From Chara braunii (Eukaryota; Plantae; Charophyceae): 64,000 nucleotides of DNA. The stretch's first letter is position 1; each line of letters opens with the position of its first letter. Both the position numbers and the translations under genes were made by a program. The stretch spans positions 8,637,554 through 8,701,553 of the forward strand of contig BFEA01000003.1 in assembly GCA_003427395.1 (NCBI GenBank), read 5' to 3'. Below the pieces are notes generated by a model. The model saw nothing but the letters and a program-made list of their open reading frames with translations. It was not told the DNA's origin and did not search any database. Shown piece by piece: positions 12,201-25,600 of the stretch.

Positions 12201-14058
12201 AAAGGTAGCCACTTCCACCTACATGCGCGAGCTCTATGCTTTGCGTATGGCTTTGGACCATTGGGAGCACTATCAATTGGGACGCCACTTCAAAGTGTTC
12301 TCAGCTCATGAGACTTTGAAGTGAATCAAGGAGCAAACTACCCTGTCCCCTACGTTACTTTGCAGGTTCCATGAAATTGACATTTTTTACTTTTGAGTTG
12401 AAACACAAAAAAGGTTGTTACAATCAAGTTGCTGATCCATTGTTTCGCCACCCTGAGTACATGACTTGCCTTGTGAAAGTCTACGACCTCCGAAAGAAAC
12501 TGAAGGAGGAGCTCATAGAGCACACAGCCAAGGATCCGGAGTTTAGTCCCATCCTTGAGCGGCTGCGGGCTGACCCTAGCAATCAGCCTGATTTTCATGA
12601 GTATGGAGGACTGATTTTCCGTCGCTACGGGAACCACGACCGCTTGTGTGTGCCCAACCATGAGCCTCTCCGCACACACTTTCTGGATTTGGCTCATGGC
12701 CGGAGCAGGCACTTCGGCATGGCAAAGACGTACACAAATCTGTTGAGACAGTTTGATTGGCCTGGCATGAAAGGGACTGTTGAAAAGTTTGTGGCTGAAT
12801 GTCAAGTCTGTCAACGAATCAAACCATGCAGACAAAAGTCCATGGGGCTACTCACACCCCTTCCCATTCCCGATGGTCCCGGGGAGTCCGTCTCTATTGA
12901 CTTCACCGACTTGGGAAAGGTAAGTAAGAATGGTTACTCACAAGTCATGGTGATTGTTGACCGATTCTGTAAGTTCCTTAATCTGATTCCTTAGCCACCT
13001 CACGCTCCAACATAATTAGTGATCCGTGAGTTCAAACAAGTACATTCTGCGGTTCGGAACCCTGAAGACTCTTGTGAGCGATCGGGATACGCGCTTCATT
13101 AGTACTGAATGGAAGGACTTCACGCCTCAACTAGGGATCAGGTTGTGTATGACATCTGCCAGACACCCCGAAGCCAATGGTTTGGTTGAGGAGATCAACC
13201 AGACTGTGTTTCAACTTCTCCGCGCCTTGATTATTCTCGATCAGGAAACGTGGGAGGAAGAGTTGTATTCTGTTAAGGGGTTGTACAACCACTCCATCCA
13301 TTCTGCTATCGTCATGACACCCAACACGTTGCATTACGGTTGGCAGATCCGTAATCCACTCTCCTACCTATTCCCTGAGCAGTCAGCTGGGTTAACACCC
13401 GGCAGGCCTGGCTTCACGGCTAAGTATGATCGCTTGCTCAAGGTTGTCATTGCAGCAATGACCAAGCGACAGCACACCATGATCCATTATGCAAACAAGA
13501 GGCGCCGACCGTCGGATATTCAGGTAGGGAGCTATGTCTGGGTCAAGATGTCTGAATTTTCAGAAGAAGAGGGAGTCTCTCACAAACTTCTCCCATCTCT
13601 ATTATCGTCCGTGGGAAGTTTTGGATGTGATTGGCGAAGATCACTTTGGCCCTTCTTACGTAGTTGATGTGCCAGCCCATCTGCACAGACTGCACACATA
13701 CCCCGTGTTGCACGCATCAAAATTGTACCTCCACCGTGACGCTACGGCGTTCGATTATTCCGAAGACATGATCCCTCGTGCAATCAAAGGTGGGCATGAG
13801 ATAGACAGAATTAAACAGCATGTAGGGAAGGGGCGCAACAGACAGTACCAGGTTCACTTCATGTATCACCCGTTGGACGATCTATACTGGATTTCCAAGC
13901 AGGAACTGCTACGCAGCGCACCACGTGTTGTTAAAGCCTATGAGCGACAAATCGCAGCTAATGCTACTCCTAAGATCTCCGCAAGGCTCACTGCGACGGA
14001 GTATTCTAGGAACCTCTTTGCCTTGCTTGCTTACGATGCGTTTGTCGAGGACTCATAA
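9256..14058 (+). pseudogene. pol: pol of element 1 (protease, RT, RNase H, integrase, chromodomain; disrupted)
   Basis: LIDCGA; CIDYRGL, DLKSGYHQ, MPFGL, YLDD; TDAS; HHCC region, SIDF, SDRD; GPY/F-like segment and chromodomain at ~13790-13950. Confidence 0.95.
10295..11188. mobile_element. hAT-like non-autonomous DNA transposon inserted in pol (interior is an N-gap)
   Basis: Ends CAGGGTTGTC / GACAACAATG (imperfect TIR); 8-bp TSD GTCGAGGG / GTTGAGGG; removal restores HTIELVEGVVPPKG. Confidence 0.75.
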
Positions 14059-14089
14059 TGAGTTACTCGCTCAAAGGGACCTCGCTCTT

Positions 14090-14102
14090 GAGGGGGGGGT
14101 AG
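14090..14102 (+). promoter_or_regulatory. Polypurine tract of element 1
   Basis: GAGGGGGGGGTAG immediately before the 3' LTR. Confidence 0.85.
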
Positions 14103-15240
14103 TGTGATGACCCGTCCAAACATGGGCTGAAACACACGGCTGATTTCTGAGTTTTGCCTATAGACTGAATGCCTTGCTGAGTTTCCCGCCAGCTACTAAG
14201 TCTGTGTGTGCACGCTTGCTGGACTGCATGTCTGTCTGAGTGCTGGTTGGCTTGAGTTTGTATGTGGCCGTGCCTGTCTGAGTGCTGGTTGGCTTGAGTG
14301 TGTGTGTGGCCCGCAAGGGCACTTGCTCGTTCATTGGGCCCTCAGGGCCGGTACTTACCTGTGGCCGTGACATTGAGGGATTGCAGCGGGAAAAACACTC
14401 AGGTAGCGGGTATGCCGGTACCGCACCTTGAAGAGGTACTGGAGGCCGAGCAGAAGAAGACAAAAGTGGCATTTTTAGAGGCCCAGTAGTTGCAGGTTAG
14501 GTCTAGGCGGGTACCAGTCCAACCTGTCTGGGTCTAGGGCCTGTACGGGCAATCCCAGAGTCTGCAATGAGGTTTCCCTCCGAAAGGGAGGAGGTACCGG
14601 TTGCTTGGAAGGCCGAGCGGCCTGGAAGTCACCGCCCGAAGAGGCAAGCAGGCCGCTATATCTCCCAGCCGGGCGAAGAGCCTGAAATCATTCTCGGTGT
14701 GCAAGTTTGGCGACACACAGACACACTGGTTGGAGCGCCGGTTGGAGCAGCGCTGCTGGGGGAAGGAGAAGGATAAGGAGGAGGAAGAAGGACAGGAAGG
14801 GGGAGGGGCGCCAGGGGTACTTACCTGGCTATGGTGGCAGCCATCTTCATCACCTTGGTGGGCACTGCAGCAGGGAGTCCCCAACTGGGGAGAGCTACAC
14901 CAAGAAGCTTCGAGGCAGAGTCGGGCATGGCGGCCTGAGTTGGGGCAGCCATAGCTGCTTTGGGTTGTCCTTTGGGCATCTTGGAAAGGCCTAGTAGTCC
15001 ATCATAGCCTCGGCCTATGATGATGAAGGGAGGAAGAGGCGGCCATGGCTATGGTGGACCTCAAGTGATGCTGGCAGTAGAAGAGGAACTCGGACATTGA
15101 TTCTGAATCGGCCATTCAACATTGTATTATTATTTCTTGTATGAATAACAGAAGGGGGAGATAAGGAGGAGGAGATTGTTGAGCGAAGAAGAAGAGCCTT
15201 GTCATCTGTCTATGCTGGTGTACATCATCTTCTTCTTCTT

Positions 15241-15275
<35 letters not shown>

Positions 15276-15387
15276 CTTCTTCTTCTAATCCTCTCTCTCA
15301 TCTCAAGTTCATTCATTTCTTTCTGCAATTGGACGGCATTGTACTATCTGATGGATGGGTATCTCGAAATTGGTCAGGATCATAACA
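14103..15387 (+). repeat. 3' LTR of element 1
   Basis: Direct repeat of 4870-6134 with substitutions, indels and a longer (TTC)n. Confidence 0.95.
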
Positions 15388-15462
15388 ATGGCCTGCTATC
15401 AGATATCAGATAGCTACCCCATCTGAAGATCAGCCGCACACGGCGACCCCGTAGCCCCACCC

Positions 15463-17381
15463 TTTTTTTTCGTTTTTTTCCTAAGAGAATTACCTGAAAC
15501 CACTTTACGAGGGGATGTGATACAAGCAGCCTCCCCTAGTAAGGTTCTTGTTGCTCCATTCTATTGCTGTGGAGCTACTGGAAAGTTGGTCCAGCGTCCC
15601 CTTGAATACCTTTTTCTTTTTCTTTCTTTTTTTTTGTTCTTTTTTTGTTGTTTTTGGGCCAAATGCTCCAATCTATTCGTGGGGAGCCACACGTGCTGGG
15701 ATCCGGGCGCAGCGTCCATATGAATTGTACAAACATTAGAATACCGGGGCCATTACCCCCTCGAATACCATATTGATTTTGCAATTATAGGAGAACTTGT
15801 GGATCTTCTTGTCAGCATTGACTACCCCGGGGGAGACTGGGGGGTTCACTTAGCAGGTGAAGAAATGGGGTGCTGCCTGAGTCACCTCTTAACCCTGCTG
15901 TAGGGCGCCTGATCCACTAAACAGAACTGCCTTACTTCTTGCAACCCACCCATTTTGACCGCAACCTCCACTTCTACCCCAGACCATACCTCCTCCAAGG
16001 AGGCTGATGGAGACTGAGCAAATGGACGCAATAGCCTCCTTCCTCTCCACAGATATTTCAATACAGAGAGAGGGCTTCCGATTCCAATGTTGGACCCTAC
16101 ATCACCTAACCTTCTCTACAGCAACCATGTTTGTCCACTTCCTGACCGTACGAACCCGAACGTCGGGCTCATCCTTCAAAGTGTTGGCCAGGGCAATCGA
16201 AGCGATTAGATCAGGCTCTCAAAATTCAAGGTGAAATGGAAAAAAGAAAGCAATAGGGTCGGGGCTGGCAGATGGACCGACTCCTTGAATACAAGGCCAA
16301 GTGAGACGAATGACATGGGGGAAGACCGGACACCCATACCAGATATCTTGCTATCCCGGTGACAACAAAAGGACCAGCCCCACAGACGGCCCAGAGCATA
16401 CTACTGTCGTCAGCCTGAAGACAGCGCACCCAGGCTGACTTTTATGAATGTATACAAGCCATATTTCCACTTAGGTACCGCCAAAATGAGGGAGCGTTGT
16501 GTTTGGGGGAAGACGGTAACCAACACAATTAATCGATGGAATGCACAACTAGGGTCAAACACTCACATCCTTGCTGGGTAGAGCCTTAACGATCAACACC
16601 TCCATTTTCTCAATGATGTGGTACATAGCGTCCGTTTGGACAATACCGGCCCAGGCAGTATCGGAACTTCACAAGAAATGAAGAGCTTATCTCTGGGATG
16701 GAGACCCCAATAAAGAAAAACATGTCCTAGAAATAGCCTGGCATTACAATAGGAGGAAACCCTCAGCAGAAACGAACGTATCGCAACGAAAGTGGGTCAT
16801 CAAATTACTCGTCAGTCCTGGTCTACACCCTGGATTTTTGAAACCAGAGATGGGTCCGAGCTTGCTTCTCCACGATTGACATTATTATTGATTGCCGGTG
16901 TCCTGTGTTGCTGATGGTTGATTGGAAGGACACAAATACCGAGCGGTAACCTGTCGTTAACTGTCTGTGGGAGAATTGGTAGGTACTAGGTACGCTCTTG
17001 CTGAGAGTTGCTCCTGGATCAGGATCGCTCACTCCCCATATTTCCATGCGAAGTCCTCTTCGAGCAATTCCACTCACCTTTCTGGGATATTGCTCTCGAT
17101 GCATTCCAAATTGTCATCCAGATTGCGACAGCCTTTGAGGCATTTCTTGTCTGAGNTTCGTTAAACCGCCACTACCTTTCACAGAGGCGAACTCGAAACG
17201 CAAATATACCACACACCGCATTATTCGGACGGCTGGCGCCACAGAACCAAAATGGCTGCCGGTGCCAGCCAAAAGTTAAAAAGAAAGTCGTGCCGGCGCT
17301 TTGGCAAAGCTTGGCGCAGCGTTCGTTTCCGCCTCGACAAAAAGAAGCTCGGACAAAGTGGCGGTTTTAACCCGGTCCTTG

Positions 17382-17418
<37 letters not shown>

Positions 17419-20400
17419 GAACACCTGTCTGTTTGCTAGTGGTGCTGATACGAGCAGACACCACTAGCACCCATGTAGGGCTCCATCTATTGGTGGGGAG
17501 CTGCACCTGCTGGAAATTGGGTCGAGCATCCCTATACAAATGATGAAAATATGTCTGCTGGAAATCAGGTCCAGCGTCCTTGTGCCATGGTGTGAATGTG
17601 TGTGCTGGAAAACGAGTCCAGCGTCCCTATCGATCTGATCTATAGAACCTCGCAAACAAAATGAGACATCAATCCTATCAGGCGAAACCCTAATCATGAT
17701 GTAATGTGTATTACACTACTGTGATTTGTATCTGCTGGAAATCGGGTCCAGCATCCCTATACCATGTGATGCATCTATATCCAACAGGCAGAAACTAATG
17801 ACCTTTGTGCAATGATAAGATATCGAAGAAGCAATACACTCCATCCTGTACATGTACTTACGTAACCTGTATCTTGAAAAAGAACAGAGGCATTGATTAC
17901 TCCCCTACAAAAAGGGAGGATTGACCTCCTGTTCATGAGGTATTGTTCGTAATCGAGGATTACTAGTATTCGGATGTCATCTATGCTGGCAGAATTATCA
18001 TTGTCCATCCCCTGCAAGCGATCTTCAAATTCACCAATAGCAAATCGAGTTGGCGATGCCCTGACCTATCTTCCCCCTTGATTGAAGTTGCAGAAAGCAA
18101 CTCCAATCAGCAATCTCAACAAGGGGGAGCTTCAAACCAACTCCCACCCTATACTATCCAAAGAAGAGGAGATGAACTCAGAGTACACCATCAGTTTGTA
18201 GTTGTTGAGCAGAGGTATTGATTACTTCCCCACGCCACGGAAGAACCACCTCCAGCGCATGAAGTATGAACGCAGCGAGAAATAACGAGAGAATCCTTCA
18301 TGGTTGATCACCTCACCTGACGAACCAAATCAGAACTTGTGCCCCAAATCCCCAACAGGCAATTATGATATACATCACAAAACCTGAGGGGCGAACCACC
18401 CCCTCCTCCATTGAGGTTGCGGATCGGGCAACCCCAATCAACCAAGGGGGCGGGCAGACTCAACTATCCTATCCCAACCCGATGCCAGCCAAGGAGGACC
18501 AAGCGATGGTAGGGTTTGAGGGAGGGGGAAAATATCAATCCATTTCTTCCAACCCCAATCCCATCCCTATCCACCTCAGCCAATCCCCTCCCCTCTCCCC
18601 CCATACAGCTGATAATAGCGGATGCACGCACCTTGCTGCTGAGCATGTCGCTAACTCGATCTCCGCGCACGATCGTTTTTGTTATTGTTGCTGTAGTAGA
18701 TATTATTGTTATTGTTGTTGTTGTTGTTGTTGTTGTTGTTCATTCCATATGTGACTGACCTTCCCAACCCCTTTTGCCACCTAAGATAACCACGGCTTGT
18801 CCTCGGCGGTCAATGTCGGGGGTGATTGCCACCATCCTTGGTCCAATGGGTCCCCCAAAGAGTGGTTGTCTAAGGACCTTTTCTTTTGATTGGGGTTTTC
18901 TGATCTTTTTTGGGGCATGGCCTTTTCCGTGCCTCGATTAAACCGCCAGTACCTTTCCCAGCTATCGGCCGCAGGCCCTGCTCGCCGAGCTTTCGGGGCG
19001 CATCTGGCCGCCGCCGGAGGCGGAGTGCGGCCTCCGTGTTAACCGGCGCTTTTTTTTTTCTTTTTCACTAGCACCCTCGGGGAGGCTCCATCTATTGGTG
19101 GGGAGCAGCACCTGCTGGAAAGCGGGTCCAGCGTCCCTCACATATGGTTGAATTTTGAAATTTGAAAGTCCAGATTTTCAAGCGGGGAAAGGTACAGGTG
19201 GTTTAAGGATGTCCAATAGAGTAGAGGGGGGTGGGGTTTTCTTCCGGGGGGCGCCTCTGGTCCATCTCCTTTTCCCCGTCTTCAGACTCCCTTCCTTTTT
19301 CATAACCCAGAACAGGCCAGATATATTGGAAGCAGAGTCTACTGGGGTGCAGGTTCCGGTCAGATAACAACGATGGCACGGAAAAAGATCAAGATCATAA
19401 GGCCAATTAAGATTAAGGAGATCCCGGTGGCTGACAACATATGTCACGGTAGCAGTCCCCGTCAAAATTCGGCTCCACTCACGAAGCGGAAGAGCGACCA
19501 GCAGAACTCTGAGAGCTGAGTTATATGTTTCGAGTCTTTTTACCATGAACAGGAAGATGTGGTTCACTGTGTAGTAATAAGATATAAGGAAGCTGCAAAA
19601 TACTGGGTCAGAGCAGAGCAGAGCAAAGCAGAGCAGAGCAGAGAATTGGCCCTAGAGATCCACCTTTTCCCATCCCCTCTTCAGGAACACCCCATTAAAC
19701 ACGTCTCCATCCTCTCCACTAACATGCCTGCTGGTTTCCGCAAGCCAGAAAAGGTGTGGTTCAAACTTCGAAACTGTTACGGAACGCAACAGTCTGGGCC
19801 ATATGCAAAGGGAGATGCAGCATCACGCTCACTGACACAAAGAATGCAAGAGAAAAAGGTTTGGGGGTGAAACAAAGACTTCATGGAGCCTAGGTCAGTC
19901 GGTACACCTTTTTTTCTTTTTTTTCTTTTTTTTAAAGAAAACTTTGTACGCGGGAATCCCCACTTAACGAGGTGGTAAGAGTAACCCTGTTAAGTGGGCC
20001 CCGCCGTTGAAGGCTCCACCTATTAGTGGGGAGCTGCACCTGCTGGAAATCGGGTCCAGAGTCCCTATACAATGATCCAATGTGTACACCTAACAACTGT
20101 TGAAATGCAGACCCGATTTCAAATCCACATCATGGAACCAGATGAATGAAACCATATATCGAATTACATGGGGCCGGTCAGCTCAATGACAATATCTCAA
20201 GGGACAAAGGCGGGGGAGGGGGGGGGAACGACTGCATAGAAGCCGAAATTCTCTGCACAAGTTGTGCAAACGGTGAAAGGCCAAAAGTGTTAATCGTAAG
20301 AAGCCCAGATACACATCCGACACTGTGTGCACGGTTTAGTGAGATCTGGTTAGCAAATGGCAAGGTGGTGGGCCCTGGTGGCAGCACGCCAAGGTTCCAA

Positions 20401-20470
20401 AATATCTTTCTTTTTTTTTCTTTTTTTTTTTTTCAAACAGGACATGCTCCAATCTATTTGTGGGGAGCTC
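15463..20470 (-). mobile_element. Head-to-tail array of about six poly(A)-tailed non-autonomous retroposons sharing the pseudoknot 3' module
   Basis: Cores at 15553-15600, 15665-15717, 17480-17533, 19085-19137, 20013-20065 and 20446-20468 (partial), each next to a T-run on the + strand. Confidence 0.7.
16450..16810 (+). pseudogene. LINE ORF2 fragment (post-RT region)
   Basis: SLLGRALTINTSIFSMMWY...YLWDG...IAW, homologous to GRALVINNVILVALWY in the other LINEs. Confidence 0.7.
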
Positions 20471-20899
20471 CATAATATCGAACTGGGAGAACTCAGAAAT
20501 GACAGAGTCATTTAAACAGCCATCAGCAGGACATTCGGGCTCTTTTTTTCTTTTTTTTTTTAAAACAAAAAGTGGATAAAAGTTAAAAAAAACAGGTCAG
20601 CGGCACTAGGGGGGGGGTGAAGTTCAGGCTCCAGTCTGGAGTTTCGGGACTTTTCCCAGGGCCAATCCTAGTCAGGGTGGAGACGCAATGACACAATGGT
20701 ATGGGGGAGGGGTATGGGGTTAACCCTGTCAAGGGAGAATGAGTGCACGGAGGGACGACAGAAAAGTAGGTTGCGAGCCCAGTCCTAATGGATGTACAGG
20801 CCTACGGGGTAGTAGTGGGGGGATCTGCTAGAACTGAGCAAGAACAGATGGCGGGCAGGTGCAGAAGAGAGGGCTGAAGAGAGGCAGATACCCGCCCCC

Positions 20900-21437
20900 A
20901 AATTGTGAAAACCGACAAATTGAAATGTTGGTGAAATTTCATGAAAGTGCACTTTTGGCTTGCTGTTCTATATGTTTTTAATTTTTTTTTTCGTTTTTTT
21001 TTTAACAATAAGTTAGTAAGAAGTGCACTCTATAGATTGGTGTGAAATATGGTTAAAATGGCCCTTTGGTTTTCTTATAAATGGGGGAGAAAATTTGGGG
21101 GTCGGTTAACCTTCTGTCCTAGGGTAACCTTCACCACCCTGAAAAGTGCAGTGGGGATCATGTTTTTTTGGTTTTTTTGGCTTTTCAACTTTTTTGTTTT
21201 GTTTTGGGGAGTGGTGACAATTGTGAAAACCGACAAATTGAAATGTTGGTGAAATTTCATGAAAGTGCACTTTTGGCTTGCTGTTTTATATGTTTTTAAT
21301 TTTTTTTTTCGTTTTTTTTTTAACAATAGGTTAGTAAGAAGTGCACTCTATAGATTGGTGTGAAATATGGTTAAAATGGCCCTTTGGTTTTCTTATAAAT
21401 GGGGGTGAAATTTTGGGGGTCGGTAAACCTTCTGTCA
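20900..21437. repeat. ~218-bp near-identical direct repeat pair (20901-21118 and 21219-21437)
   Basis: AATTGTGAAAACCGAC...AACCTTCTGTC duplicated with a ~100-bp spacer. Confidence 0.9.
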
Positions 21438-22679
21438 ACAATTATTGTGTGCAGCGGTTGTAGCCACTTGCAATTCGCTATGGTATAAGTCCTTGCTATG
21501 GTGAGGTGGGAGTGTGGCAGTTTTGAAGGGAAGCGCTGTTGCGCGCCCGATTGCCGCAGCAGGCTTGTGGGACGTCGCGTGCAGATGTCGTTTGATATTT
21601 CTGTAGGATTACGTGGAAATGCCACGTGTCCTTACGGGACAGCGTTGGGTTGGTGCATGATTGGAGGAGAAATCGTGATTGAGAGCCATAGCCATTTTTT
21701 GTCTTCGAAGCAAAGACGATGCTCAACTCATGAGCGCTTTGTTTAATGATACAACATTGGGTCAACAAAAGTTGCTTCATCAGATTTGCTGACTTCAAGA
21801 TTTCACGGTATTCGACTAATTGCGGTGGTGAGCTTCTGTGAGGTCTATGACGATTGCCTACTCATAGGTCAGTTTTGCTTGATTTGGTGCAGACGGCGCG
21901 TGATAATCTTCATTGCTAGGTCAATGACTACTGGCTATTCACACTGCTCTGGGGATGGTGAATGACATTCCCCTTCGATAGGTCAGCGCCGTTCGTTTCG
22001 GCGGTGTGTGACATTCCCCATTGATAGGTCAGCGCTGGTTGATTTGGCGGTCCTCAATTGTTAGTCAATGCTGTTTGATTTGGTGGTTGTAGTAGGTCAA
22101 TGAAGATTGACCACTCACACTACTACGTCAACGATGTTGGTCTTATTGGCTTCCTTCGAAGAGCGGTAAGCATTTGTTGACGGCGAGTGACACTTCGAGT
22201 GTCAGAGGTTTTCTATACCAGGACAAGATGGTGATTGTGCCAGAGTCGCTTTGGTCTTGAAATCATCATTGAATGAAGGACGGTAGGCAAAGAGTCTCGA
22301 TTCCCTGTCCTTTAGTGTCTGTCATCATTTGGTAATGCTAAACTGGGAAATCCAGAGCAACGAATACCAGAGTGTTTAGTTTTGACAACAGAGGGTCATT
22401 GAGACCATGAGTGGTCGAGGGGGTCGATTTTAGTACACAAGATCGTCAGAGGGGTTCTACAGGGAGGACGGGAATCGCCGGGGTTCTGAGTTCAAGCACA
22501 AATCAAGGAAGAAGCATCGAGCGACTGAAGAGAGTTTCCTTCATGAGTGAAGTGCTTCCTCCAGCCTTACAACTTCCCCTACACTTTTCCCATCCTCTTC
22601 GTCACCAGCCAGTTCATCAAATTTATCTCATACATATTTATACATAATACATAATTTATAATTGTTTTCACAAAACAAA

Positions 22680-25600
22680 ATGACAAGGACAGTTCGGCAT
22701 CAGAGAGCTCACAGGCATGTTGATTCTATGTTGATGTTTCGTGGGGCAATGCTGCAATTGGCAGCAAAACAGTTGCACACGCCTATCAGAATGTCGATAC
22801 AAAGTGGGCTGAAAAAGCAGCTTTTACAATCAACAGCTTGTGATTGCTCTGATGACGAGGTCCTCGCAGAAGAGGAAAAATTGCAGAGAGACAAAAAAAA
22901 ATTGGCCCTAAAGAACCGCAGAACAGATACGAAAGGGGAAAGAAGGAACAAAGAGGTGGTGAGCACTCACGGATCTTCGATGATCTCTCTTTTATCAACC
23001 AACGTGGGCGTGGGGGGAAGNGNGAATTTGGGGATGGGAAGTAAAATGACGAACAATCCCCTTTTCACAGGAGAAATAATTAATCCTCTAACAATGAAGG
23101 GGAATGATGATCTGAGTCTTGCATGTCATGTCGAAGAGATTTCCTCGGTAGATAATGACGATTTTCCCCCTCTCCAGAGTTCAGGGGCAAAAAGAGGAAT
23201 GGATGAAGGATGAGAAAGACTGATTGAAGGATTGAATGATGGAAAGGGGAATGAGGAACGGGATGGGGAAAAAAGAGAAACACAAGGAGGAGGGAGTGGA
23301 AGGAAGGAAGGAAGGGAGGGAGACCGAAAGGGAGAAAGAAGGGGGAGGGGAAAGAAGAGGGGGGAACTCAACAGAGGAGGAAAGACAGGAGATGGGAAGA
23401 GCAAAAGGAAAGGAAGTGGCCTCAACTTCGACTGCTACTTCCTGGCTTCAGAAAACAAAGGGTCATTTTCAAACGAAATCGTTGGAAGTAAAGAGACAGG
23501 GGCCGCAGGCGCAATCATTACTCATCCCCCTGGCAAATGTACCAACTGCCAGGGCCTTCTTTCTTTCAAAATTTATCANTCCCTCAGAAANGAGGGTGGT
23601 AGATAATNGGGGGAAGAAGTCCATGATTAAAATGTACCCTNCGCAGAAANTGGCAGAAAGGGATCTGATATNTNAATCCCATGCCANTAATTGGGTTTTC
23701 NATGATGACGCANCGTACAAATCAGTAAATGAAAAAATAAAATGGATNATCAAACGACTTATGCATTTGAAAGGGAGNATTGAAGCAGTAAATGAAGATT
23801 TTTTAATTCAACCGGTCTCGTCTACTACTTTTACAGTTTTAAGTGTTTACACAGCTGACAAGACTCAAATTGATAGCTGGAAAAAGCTACGTTGTGATAG
23901 GTCAAAGGTCCGCATTTATCCTTGGTCTCCCCAAAAGCAAGGCCCGGACGATAGACGAAGCCAAATGATGGAGGAAAATTTCTGGGTGGAATTTTGTCAT
24001 ATTCCGATTGAAATTCAGGGGGCGTTTTTGCATGACTTTGGGGAAAACCATGATATTGTGGATTTTATTGACCCTCTACCAGCGTATGCTGCAAAGAGGG
24101 ATGATTATTTGATGATCGCAATTAATCATCCCTCTAATATCCCTTTCAATATTGACGACGTGATTCCCTACAGAGTAGGGGGGCGAGAGTATTATATTCA
24201 CACTTCACACAAACTGCGCCCGTGGTGCTTTCGCTGTAAAGCTTACGGGCATCTCTATTTGGATCNNNNNNNNNNNNNNNNNNNNNNNNNNNNNNNNNNN
24301 NNNNNNNNNNNNNNNNNNNNNNNNNNNNNNNNNNNNNNNNNNNNNNNNNNNNNNNNNNNNNNNNNNNNNNNNNNNNNNNNNNNNNNNNNNNNNNNNNNNN
24401 NNNNNNNNNNNNNNNNNNNNNNNNNNNNNNNNNNNNNNNNNNNNNNNNNNNNNNNNNNNNNNNNNNNNNNNNNNNNNNNNNNNNNNNNNNNNNNNNNNNN
24501 NNNNNNNNNNNNNNNNNNNNNNNNNNNNNNNNNNNNNNNNNNNNNNNNNNNNNNNNNNNNNNNNNNNNNNNNNNNNNNNNNNNNNNNNNNNNNNNNNNNN
24601 NNNNNNNNNNNNNNNNNNNNNNNNNNNNNNNNNNNNNNNNNNNNNNNNNNNNNNNNNNNNNNNNNNNNNNNNNNNNNNNNNNNNNNNNNNNNNNNNNNNN
24701 NNNNNNNNNNNNNNNNNNNNNNNNNNNNNNNNNNNNNNNNNNNNNNNNNNNNNNNNNNNNNNNNNNNNNNNNNNNNNNNNNNNNNNNNNNNNNNNNNNNN
24801 NNNNNNNNNNNNNNNNNNNNNNNNNNNNNNNNNNNNNNNNNNNNNNNNNNNNNNNNNNNNNNNNNNNNNNNNNNNNNNNNNNNNNNNNNNNNNNNNNNNN
24901 NNNNNNNNNNNNNNNNNNNNNNNNNNNNNNNNNNNNNNNNNNNNNNNNNNNNNNNNNNNNNNNNNNNNNNNNNNNNNNNNNNNNNNNNNNNNNNNNNNNN
25001 NNNNNNNNNNNNNNNNNNNNNNNNNNNNNNNNNNNNNNNNNNNNNNNNNNNNNNNNNNNNNNNNNNNNNNNNNNNNNNNNNNNNNNNNNNNNNNNNNNNN
25101 NNNNNNNNNNNNNNNNNNNNNNNNNNNNNNNNNNNNNNNNNNNNNNNNNNNNNNNNNNNNNNNNNNNNNNNNNNNNNNNNNNNNNNNNNNNNNNNNNNNN
25201 NNNNNNNNNNNNNNNNNNNNNNNNNNNNNNNNNNNAATGCTCTTCAGATGGAAAGAGCAAATGAGCCAGGAGAAATAATTTTAGTTAACGAGGGAGTTCC
25301 GACTGATCTTATTGATCCTTTTAGAAAAACTTTTGGCCCAGCTCCTGTGGAGCTAACTCAGTTCGATGATTTTCAGAAATCCAATGGTTCTCTGATGGCT
25401 GATATGTCAGTCCCAACCAATGGCAACGAGCAGATATAGATCTCAGTCCCAGCTAAGATTTCCCAACTGACGGACTGGATGTTACAACAATTAAAAATTA
25501 ATTTTGACTATGCATCAGAAGATTTTTGGATAAAGTCTCATGATCAACTTTTTGATATTCTAAATACCAGTTCCAGTCTGAAGGAGGTCTTACATCATGG

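Larger units (their letters stand above)
4870..15387 (+). mobile_element. Full-length decayed Ty3/gypsy chromovirus LTR retrotransposon (element 1)
   Basis: TG...CA LTRs, ATGG TSD (4866-4869 and 15388-15391), PBS, PPT, gag-PR-RT-RH-IN-chromodomain order. Confidence 0.95.
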
